From assembly GCA_964369355.1 (NCBI GenBank), contig CAYJEO010000002.1, forward strand, positions 5 to 64,004: DNA of 64,000 bases. Direction: 5' to 3'. Both the position numbers and the translations under genes were made by a program. Below the pieces are notes generated by a model that worked only from the letters and a program-made list of their open reading frames with translations, did no database searches and was not told the origin of the DNA. Origin of the DNA: an uncultured Muribaculaceae bacterium (GTDB taxonomy: Bacteria > Bacillota_I > Bacilli_A > RF39 > UBA660). Shown here in pieces: positions 57,214-64,000 of the stretch (position 1 is its first letter; the number at the start of each line of letters is the position of its first letter).

Positions 57214-58282
57214 CGAAATAAAAACATTTGAAGATAGAAAAAAAGATTTAGTAAAATTAGGTAAAGAAAAAGGATTTGTAACTTATGAACAATTAGCAAC
57301 AAATTTAAAAGGATTAGAACTTGATTCTGATTCATTAGATGAATTATATAATTTGTTTTCTGAAAACAGTATACTAATAGTAACTGATGAAGAAGAAGGA
57401 GATTCACAAGATAAATTAATTTTAGATGATACAACTTTAACGAAAGATTTAACAATTAATGATCCTGTTAGAATGTACTTAAAAGAAATTGGACAAATTA
57501 AGTTATTAACAATGGAAGAAGAACTACAATTAGCTGATAGAATTATAGCAGGGGATGATACTGCTAAAACTAGACTAGCAGAAGCGAATTTACGTTTAGT
57601 TGTTTCTATTGCTAAAAGATATGTAGGAAGAGGAATGCTTTTCTTAGATTTAATTCAAGAAGGTAATATCGGATTAATGAAAGCAGTAGATAAATTCGAT
57701 GTAGGAAAGGGATTTAAATTCTCAACATATGCAACTTGGTGGATTAGACAAGCTATAACTCGTGCTATAGCAGACCAAGCAAGAACTATACGTGTTCCTG
57801 TTCATATGGTTGAAACTATTAATAAATTAGCTCGTATTCAAAGACAATTAACATTAGAATTAAATAGAGAACCTTCTGAAGAAGAGTTAGCTAAAAAAAT
57901 GGGAATTAGTGTTGAAAAAATAAGAGAAATTTATAAAATTAGTCAAGAACCTGTTTCATTAGAAACACCAATTGGTGAAGAAGATGATTCTAATTTAGGT
58001 GATTTTGTTCCTGATGAAAGAAATATGTCTCCAGAAGATTATGCTACTAACGAAATGTTAAAAGATGAAATTTCTGAAGTATTATTAACATTGACTGAAA
58101 GAGAAGAAAAAGTAATTAGACTTCGTTTTGGTTTAGAAGATGGTAAGTCTAGAACATTAGAAGAAGTAGGTCAATTATTTGGCGTTACTAGAGAACGTAT
58201 TAGACAAATAGAAGCAAAAGCTTTAAGAAAATTAAGACATCCATCTCGTTCAAGAAAATTAAAAGATTACATGGATAATTAA
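57206..58282 (+). CDS. sigA: Primary RNA polymerase sigma factor
   Basis: Regions 1.2 through 4.2 are all readable ([62 protein letters not shown]). Confidence 0.95.
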   Translation: MINEIKTFEDRKKDLVKLGKEKGFVTYEQLATNLKGLELDSDSLDELYNLFSENSILIVTDEEEGDSQDKLILDDTTLTKDLTINDPVRMYLKEIGQIKLLTMEEELQLADRIIAGDDTAKTRLAEANLRLVVSIAKRYVGRGMLFLDLIQEGNIGLMKAVDKFDVGKGFKFSTYATWWIRQAITRAIADQARTIRVPVHMVETINKLARIQRQLTLELNREPSEEELAKKMGISVEKIREIYKISQEPVSLETPIGEEDDSNLGDFVPDERNMSPEDYATNEMLKDEISEVLLTLTEREEKVIRLRFGLEDGKSRTLEEVGQLFGVTRERIRQIEAKALRKLRHPSRSRKLKDYMDN

Positions 58283-58283
58283 T

Positions 58284-58940
58284 TTGAAATTATCAAATAG
58301 ATTAAAAGCTGTTAGTGAGTTAATAAAACCTAACAGTTTTATTTATGATGTTGGATGTGATCATGGTTTATTAGATATTTATTTAACTAAATATAAAGGT
58401 TGTAAATGTGTTGCAATTGATGTTAATAAGAAGTGTATTTCTAAGACTTTGGAAAATACTAAATTATATAATACAGATATAGAAGTTTTATTAAATGATG
58501 GTTTAAGCAATATTGATATTGTTAAAAATAGTACAGTTGTTATTTTAGGTATGGGTACTTTTACTATTAAACATATTTATGATAATTGTAATATTTCTAA
58601 TATCGATACATTTATAATACAAAGTAATAATGATTTATATAGTTTAAGAAAATTTATGTCTAAATCTTATTTTATTGAAGATGAAATAGTAGTTGTTGAT
58701 AAAAATAAAATATACGTTATCATAAAATTTAAAAAAGGATTTAAAAAATATAAATATAATGATTATTTATTAGGCCCTATTTTAAAGTTGAATAAAAATA
58801 GTGTTGTTTATTATGATGACTATATTAAAATATTAAATAAACAAATTAATAATTTACATAAAAGTAAAATATATGAAAAGATTAAATTAAAATATAAAAG
58901 AAACATAATAAAAAAACAAAGAAATTCTTTGTTAATTTAA
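58284..58940 (+). CDS. trmK: tRNA (adenine22-N1)-methyltransferase
   Basis: MKLSNRLKAV...DVGCDHGLLDIYL. TTG start 1 nt after the sigA stop. Confidence 0.75.
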   Translation: MKLSNRLKAVSELIKPNSFIYDVGCDHGLLDIYLTKYKGCKCVAIDVNKKCISKTLENTKLYNTDIEVLLNDGLSNIDIVKNSTVVILGMGTFTIKHIYDNCNISNIDTFIIQSNNDLYSLRKFMSKSYFIEDEIVVVDKNKIYVIIKFKKGFKKYKYNDYLLGPILKLNKNSVVYYDDYIKILNKQINNLHKSKIYEKIKLKYKRNIIKKQRNSLLI

Positions 58941-59252
58941 GAAAAATGTCGGTCCTTGTGATTCGATTTTTTTTATTTGTAAATCAGTTGCTATATTAGT
59001 TTTTGTAGGTGTACTTGTTTGTGGAGTATCTACTTTTTTAAATTCGTTCATTACTTGAAACATTGTTTTTGCATTTTTCCAAACAGGGCCTACTTGTTTT
59101 ACTAAAGGAATAGCTTGATTCATAAAATTAATAGTTTTTTGAGTACCACTTAATATTCCAGATAAAGTTATTCCGTTTCTTCCGAATAATCCTAATATTC
59201 CTTTACTTGCTGTTGAAGAAGATAAAGCAGAGTAGGGTAAATTGTAATTCAT
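58932..59252 (-). CDS. YqfQ/VrrA-like small protein
   Basis: ATG 59252 follows aaaggag on the minus strand. GILGLFGRNG...LSGTQKTINFMNQAIPLVKQVGPVWKN resembles YqfQ-family proteins. The 5' extension in the ORF track was rejected. Confidence 0.45.
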   Translation of the reverse strand: MNYNLPYSALSSSTASKGILGLFGRNGITLSGILSGTQKTINFMNQAIPLVKQVGPVWKNAKTMFQVMNEFKKVDTPQTSTPTKTNIATDLQIKKIESQGPTFFLN

Positions 59253-59278
59253 AAAAAATACTCCTTTCAAAATATTAT

Positions 59279-59304
59279 ATGTTTTACAAAAAAATGTTTT
59301 ACAA
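59279..59304. repeat. Direct repeat ATGTTTTACAA x2 in the pilC promoter region
   Basis: Identical 11-mers at 59279-59289 and 59294-59304 (15-nt period). The second copy overlaps the -35 region. Confidence 0.6.
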
Positions 59305-59325
59305 TTAAGTAAAATATGGTATAAT
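59297..59325 (+). promoter_or_regulatory. Promoter of the pilC-pilD operon
   Basis: Extended -10 TGgTATAAT (59317-59325) with a weak -35 TTTTAC 17 nt upstream. Confidence 0.5.
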
Positions 59326-59368
59326 TTTAATAGTGTAGAATAAAAAAATAGGGGTTTGGAGTGATATA

Positions 59369-61294
59369 GTGAATAGTCTTTTATTAGTATTAAAAGCACC
59401 GATAAAATTTGTACAACTAGTTTTATTAGGGTTTTATTTTTTTAGTTATTATGTTATAAGTACTATATTAAATATATTTAAGTATATTTTATTAGGATTT
59501 ATGGCTTTATGTTATGGAGTTTATTTAGGTTTCTGTAAGGTGTTTAAAATTATACATTATGACTTTACAGGGTTCTTAGTATTATCATATGGTGTATATA
59601 AATTATTTAAATATATATTATATGGTATGTTATTTACATTCTTAAGTATATTTACAGTTATATTTAAGTTCTTCTTTACGTCTAGTGAAAGAGCTAAACA
59701 AAAACGCGATATCAAACTTAGAAAAGAATTAGCACGTAAACAAGCTCGTGATAAAGCTATAGAAGATAGTAAACGCAAAAAAGAACAAGCAATTGAAGCT
59801 AGTAAGCGCAAAAAAGAAGATGCTGTCTTGCTTAAGAAAAAGAAAAAAGAAAAAGATGAGTATGTTAATGAAAATGTAAAAATTGAGAAGAAAACATTAG
59901 GAGATAAAATCAATGATGTTTTAGAAAGTGTCTTTAAAGTTCCAGGTAACATTAAAAAAAGTTTTAAAGATTACTACAATAATTTAGATTTTGTTAAAAA
60001 TTCTCGTAATCAAAAAGATATTAATCATCAGGCATTATTAATTGATTTTGAAGGTGCAGATGCTGTTAAATCTGAGAAAAAACAATTATATGAATATGTT
60101 GGTAAAAATGCTGAAGGTAAGACTATAAAAGGTTATTTTGCGGCTTTCTCTAAAGTAGAAGTTCATTCGTTCTTATTATCTGAAGGTATGGAAGTATATT
60201 CTATTAGAACGAATAAATGGATTGAAGCAATGCATAAACCAAGTGGTGGTTCTGGTAAAATTAAAGTTAAAGATTTGATTTTCTTTACTACTCAGTTATC
60301 AACTTATATTAAAGCAGGTATACCATTAGTAGACGCTTTAAAAATATTATCAAGACAATATAAAAATAAAAATTATCAAAGAATATTTAGATCAATGATT
60401 TATGACTTAACTATGGGTGAAAGCTTTTCTGATGCTATGGGTAAACAAGGGGATGCTTTCCCAAGACTATTAATAAACATGGTTAAGGCTGCTGAAATGA
60501 CAGGAGAGTTACCTGAGAGTTTAGATGATATGTCTAATTACTTTACTGAAACTGATGCAACAAGAAGACAAATGATTACTGCAATGATGTATCCCGCAAT
60601 CGTATCAGTGGTAGCAGTATGTGTTATTGCCTTTATCTTAATTTGGGTAATACCACAATTCGTTTCTATTTATGAAACTTTAGATGGTGGAATACCTGGA
60701 TATACTTTAGTAGTATTAGCAGCGTCTGATTTCTTACAGTCTTATATATTACATATTATCATTGGATTAATTATATTTGGATTTTTATGTTCTTATTTAT
60801 ATAAAAATGTTAAAATCTTACGTACAATGTCACAATGGATAATAATGCATATGCCAGTATTTGGTAAAGTTATTATTTATAATGAAGTTACGATGTTTAC
60901 AAAAACATTCGCATCTTTATTAAAACACAATGTATTTATTACAGACAGTATGGAAATATTAAATAAAATAACTTCGAATGAAGTTTATAGAATGTTAATA
61001 TTAGATACTATTACAAATTTAGCAAAAGGTGATAAAATTTCAACAGCCTTTAAAAATCACTGGGCTTTCCCAATTCCTGCTTATGAAATGTTAGTAACAG
61101 GAGAAAAAACAGGGGAGATGCCTGAGATGATGGAAAAAGTTGCTCAATTCTATCAAGGGTTACATAAGCAAGCCGTTGCTAATATCAAAACATTTATAGA
61201 ACCAGCCTTGTTATTATTCTTAACAGTTGTTGTTGGTGGAATATTACTTGCTGTAATTATACCGATGTTCGGAACATATCAGTCAGTATTATAG
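59369..61294 (+). CDS. pilC: Type IV pilus platform protein PilC/GspF family with a 230-aa N-terminal extension
   Basis: The C-terminal 400 aa is a typical GspF duplication (FTTQLSTYIKAGIPLVDAL...; FTKTFASLLKHNVFITDSM...). The N-terminus has 3-4 TM helices plus a Lys/Glu-rich segment. GTG 59369 lies 7 nt after ggag. No canonical start or SD lies closer to the PilC core. Confidence 0.8.
   Translation: MNSLLLVLKAPIKFVQLVLLGFYFFSYYVISTILNIFKYILLGFMALCYGVYLGFCKVFKIIHYDFTGFLVLSYGVYKLFKYILYGMLFTFLSIFTVIFKFFFTSSERAKQKRDIKLRKELARKQARDKAIEDSKRKKEQAIEASKRKKEDAVLLKKKKKEKDEYVNENVKIEKKTLGDKINDVLESVFKVPGNIKKSFKDYYNNLDFVKNSRNQKDINHQALLIDFEGADAVKSEKKQLYEYVGKNAEGKTIKGYFAAFSKVEVHSFLLSEGMEVYSIRTNKWIEAMHKPSGGSGKIKVKDLIFFTTQLSTYIKAGIPLVDALKILSRQYKNKNYQRIFRSMIYDLTMGESFSDAMGKQGDAFPRLLINMVKAAEMTGELPESLDDMSNYFTETDATRRQMITAMMYPAIVSVVAVCVIAFILIWVIPQFVSIYETLDGGIPGYTLVVLAASDFLQSYILHIIIGLIIFGFLCSYLYKNVKILRTMSQWIIMHMPVFGKVIIYNEVTMFTKTFASLLKHNVFITDSMEILNKITSNEVYRMLILDTITNLAKGDKISTAFKNHWAFPIPAYEMLVTGEKTGEMPEMMEKVAQFYQGLHKQAVANIKTFIEPALLLFLTVVVGGILLAVIIPMFGTYQSVL
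59756..59821 (+). repeat. Tandem 33-nt coding repeat (AIEDSKRKKEQ / AIEASKRKKED) inside the pilC extension
   Basis: Two adjacent 11-codon units at 59756-59788 and 59789-59821. Confidence 0.7.
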
Positions 61295-61307
61295 GAAGTA
61301 GGAGAAT

Positions 61308-62072
61308 ATGGAACTAGTATTTGTAATTTATTTTTTCATTATAGGTGCAGCTATGGGTTCTTTTTACAATGTTGTAGGTCATAGGATGCCAATTGGTAAA
61401 TCAGTTGTTCATCCTGCATCACATTGTGATACTTGTAACCATGTGTTAACGCCTTTAGAATTAGTTCCAATTTTTTCTTATTTATTTTTAGGAGGAAAGT
61501 GTAAAAACTGTAAAACTAAAATAGGTCCAATACATTTGTTTTTTGAAATATTTGTAGGAATCTTATTTGCTCTTTCTTTTTACATTTTTGGATTTAGTTT
61601 TGAATTTATTTTATCTTTAATATTTACTTCAGTGCTTGCTATAGTATTTGTAAGTGATTTTAATTACATGATTATTTTAGATGAAACATTAATAGTTGGT
61701 ATAATCTTTTTATCGATTGCTACAATTTTATTTAAGGATTTCTCTTATTTATTTAATATGATTTTATCTGGGGTATTTGCTTTTATAGTAATGTTTTTAA
61801 TAAAACAATTGGGTAATTTCTTATTTAAAAAAGAATCTATGGGTGATGGTGATATTAAGTTAATCGCTTATATAGGTTTTAATATAGGTTTTGTAAATGC
61901 TATTGCAACTATATTTTTAGGTAGTGTAATTGCTTTACCTATATCATTATTGATGATGAAAAAAGGAGCTAAAATAATTCCTTTTGGACCATTTTTAAGT
62001 ATGGCAGCAATGATTTTATTATTTACTCAAATTGATGTTATTCAATTTATATTAACTTTAACTAGCTTTTAG
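61308..62072 (+). CDS. pilD: Prepilin peptidase (A24 family)
   Basis: N-terminal Cys cluster CDTCNH...CKNCK, polytopic membrane domain, and the GDGDIKL aspartyl-protease motif. Confidence 0.88.
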   Translation: MELVFVIYFFIIGAAMGSFYNVVGHRMPIGKSVVHPASHCDTCNHVLTPLELVPIFSYLFLGGKCKNCKTKIGPIHLFFEIFVGILFALSFYIFGFSFEFILSLIFTSVLAIVFVSDFNYMIILDETLIVGIIFLSIATILFKDFSYLFNMILSGVFAFIVMFLIKQLGNFLFKKESMGDGDIKLIAYIGFNIGFVNAIATIFLGSVIALPISLLMMKKGAKIIPFGPFLSMAAMILLFTQIDVIQFILTLTSF

Positions 62073-62083
62073 CTAGTTTTTTT
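62060..62083 (+). terminator. Intrinsic terminator after pilD
   Basis: aactagc/gctagtt stem and a T-tract. The hairpin spans the stop codon. Confidence 0.6.
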
Positions 62084-62084
62084 G

Positions 62085-62117
62085 TATAAAAAAAACACTA
62101 TTTTTAGAATAGTGTTT
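62085..62117 (-). terminator. Intrinsic terminator after pilB (minus strand)
   Basis: aaacactatt/aatagtgttt 10-bp stem, followed on the minus strand by a T8 tract. Confidence 0.65.
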
Positions 62118-63561
62118 CAACATCTTGATTTATAAATACTGGAGCAGTTTCTACTGGTTGAACAATAGGTTGTTGCATTATTGGTTGCTCTAGTGTAGTT
62201 TCTGGAATTGTAACAGGTTGTTCTATAGTTGGTTGAACTTGTTGTATTGGTTCTACTGTTTGTTCCATAGTTGGTTGAACAGGTGTTTCTAAAACTTGTT
62301 CAGTAGTGTTTTGTGATTTTTTATTTATGCTAGCAAATGTAAGTGCTGCTTTTAAATCTGACTTACTTAATCTATCATCATCATCAAGTTCGATTAATTT
62401 AATTAATTCTTCAAAACTTGTAAGTCCTGATACAACTTTTTCTAAACCATCCTGTAGCATTGTAGTTACATCTGATTGATATACTAGTTTTCTTAAATCT
62501 TCTTTTCTCATATCACTTGATATAGCATCTCTTATTTCTTGAGAGATAACTAATACTTCATGTATAGCAATACGTCCTCTAAATCCGTTATTACATTCTT
62601 CGCATCCTTCTGGAATATATACTTGTTCAATGTCTTGATCTAAAACTTGTTTGATTAATTTTTTTTCATAGTCATTAGTAGGTCTTAATTTACGACACTT
62701 AGGACATAATTTACGAGCTAGTTTTTGAGATATAATTCCTTCTAAAGCAGAAGATAGTAAGTATCTTTCAACATCCATATCAATTAAACGTTCAATTGTA
62801 TTAAGTGAGTTGTTTGTATGGACTGTAGATAACACTAAGTGACCTGTAATAGATGCACGTACGGCAATTTTTGCTGTTTCTGTATCACGGATCTCCCCAA
62901 TCATTATGATATTCGGGTCTTGACGTAATATAGAACGTAGGGCAGTTGCGAATGTTAATCCGATTTCACTATTAGTTTGAACTTGGTTAATACCAGCAAC
63001 ATTCATCTCTATTGGATCTTCTACTGTAATAATATTAGTTTCTTCTTTATTAAGTCTTTGTAAAACAGAGTATACAGTAGTTGATTTACCTGAACCAGTT
63101 GCTCCGGTTACTAAGATAATACCATTTGGTACTGTAATCATTTTTAAAACCTTTTTAAAGTTATCTTCTGAGAATCCTAATTGGTCAATACCGCTTAAAC
63201 TCATAGTATAGTCTAAGATACGGACAACTATTTTTTCTCCTAAGTTAGTAGGTAAGCAAGATACACGTAAATCTAGATTCATATCTTGGATAGCTGCTTT
63301 AATAGCACCATCTTGAGGTAGTCTAGATTCAGTAATATTCATTCCAGAAATAATTTTAATACGTGTTACTAAGTTTTTCTTAATTGTATTAGGTACTTCT
63401 GCGTAATCTACTAATTCACCGTCTACACGGATTCTTACTTTCATATATTCATCTAATGGGTCAAAGTGAATATCACTGGCACCTCTTTTAGCTGAGTCAA
63501 CCATAATGTCGTTTACTATTTCAACAACAGGTATTTTTTCAAAATCAAATTTTTTAAGCAT
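62104..63561 (-). CDS. pilB: Type IV pilus / pseudopilus assembly ATPase (GspE/PilB/ComGA family) with a Pro/Gln-rich C-terminal tail
   Basis: Walker A GATGSGKST, Asp box, Walker B and His box (GHLVLSTVHTN), and the tetracysteine CPKC...CEEC motif. There is no N1 (GSPII_E_N) domain. The last 95 aa or so are low-complexity VQPTxEQ repeats. Confidence 0.88.
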   Translation of the reverse strand: MLKKFDFEKIPVVEIVNDIMVDSAKRGASDIHFDPLDEYMKVRIRVDGELVDYAEVPNTIKKNLVTRIKIISGMNITESRLPQDGAIKAAIQDMNLDLRVSCLPTNLGEKIVVRILDYTMSLSGIDQLGFSEDNFKKVLKMITVPNGIILVTGATGSGKSTTVYSVLQRLNKEETNIITVEDPIEMNVAGINQVQTNSEIGLTFATALRSILRQDPNIIMIGEIRDTETAKIAVRASITGHLVLSTVHTNNSLNTIERLIDMDVERYLLSSALEGIISQKLARKLCPKCRKLRPTNDYEKKLIKQVLDQDIEQVYIPEGCEECNNGFRGRIAIHEVLVISQEIRDAISSDMRKEDLRKLVYQSDVTTMLQDGLEKVVSGLTSFEELIKLIELDDDDRLSKSDLKAALTFASINKKSQNTTEQVLETPVQPTMEQTVEPIQQVQPTIEQPVTIPETTLEQPIMQQPIVQPVETAPVFINQDVETLF

Positions 63562-63720
63562 TCTAAAGTCATCCCCTTTTTTGAACTTTAATGAATTTTA
63601 ACTAGAAACATCTAGTATTTATTCTTAATATATTATATAATAGTTTTATGATAAATACAATATAAAACGGTAGTTATTAATAAAATAATTATTAGTTTAC
63701 ATATATATAGGAGAGTACAT

Positions 63721-64000
63721 ATGAAAAACAAGGGGTTTACAATAATTGAATTAATTGCAACTTTTTCTGTAGTTGCTATAATTTTAATTTTTTTATTTCA
63801 ATTAACTGTTTCTTTAAGAGAAACTTATACACAAACGACTTTAAAAGGGGATATATTGTCTCAAAAATCTATTATAGAAGATTATATGTCAACTGATTTT
63901 TTACAAATAGATCCAGTTAGTGTTACTGCAAGTGATGCGAATGTAGAAATTACTTTTACTAATGGAGAAACTAAAACTTTAAGTTTAGATAAAAATAACA
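63721..64000 (+). CDS. Prepilin-type N-terminal cleavage/methylation domain protein (pilin or pseudopilin), truncated by the window end
   Basis: Not in the ORF track because there is no stop in the window. SD aggagag precedes the ATG. MKNKG|FTIIELIATFSVVAIILIF has Glu at +5. Confidence 0.8.
   Translation, partial: MKNKGFTIIELIATFSVVAIILIFLFQLTVSLRETYTQTTLKGDILSQKSIIEDYMSTDFLQIDPVSVTASDANVEITFTNGETKTLSLDKNN

Noticed and set aside
59285-59300. ComK box in the pilC promoter
   Set aside because: Only a single AAAA-N5-TTTT half-site could be found. No second AT-box lies at the 8, 18 or 31 bp spacing required for a K-box.
59557-59952. 131-aa minus-strand ORF inside the pilC 5' region
   Set aside because: It is antisense to the Lys/Glu-rich repeat segment, and its Leu/Ser/Phe-rich translation is the mirror of AAG/GAA-rich codons. 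No SD or start context is present.

Overview
This is a 64-kb, very AT-rich, densely coding chromosomal segment from a low-GC Gram-positive bacterium (Bacillota). G+C looks like roughly one quarter by eye but was not computed. The standard code applies, since TGA is used as a stop. I can support about 66 protein genes, one T-box leader, one candidate 6S-like sRNA, an SOS-controlled divergent promoter pair and about 20 intrinsic terminators. I saw no rRNA, tRNA, CRISPR array, transposase, integrase or phage genes.

The backbone is housekeeping and keeps three blocks of Bacillus-subtilis-like gene order:
- lexA / tkt / sirA-like / yneF
- tgt / yrzE-like / yrbG-like / spoVB-like / comN-like / relA / dtd ... 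hisS-aspS / sRNA / tcdA
- dnaG-sigA-trmK-yqfQ-like

It also carries trpS, murF, smc and comEA-comEC.

Accessory or unusual content:
1. A single-module C-A-T-R NRPS has an overlapping Sfp-type PPTase gene and a co-directional hybrid histidine kinase (HisKA-HATPase-REC-HPt).
2. An ECF sigma / anti-sigma / DUF4358 lipoprotein / MBOAT / AlgX-like / UppP set forms an envelope cassette.
3. Two tandem paralogous genes of unknown function share a conserved 250-aa C-terminal module.
4. A 46-aa membrane-protein gene absent from the ORF track is divergent from lexA under a perfect Cheo box. It is a candidate SOS cell-division inhibitor.
5. A small protein is paired with a CbbX/SpoVK-type AAA+ ATPase whose N-terminal domain is its paralog.
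6. A MATE transporter is fused to a cytidylate-kinase-like domain.
7. A type IV pilus / competence-pseudopilus locus has a PilC carrying a 230-aa N-terminal extension and a PilB carrying a Pro/Gln-rich C-terminal tail.

All family assignments come from motifs read by eye and from remembered family signatures. No database search was run.
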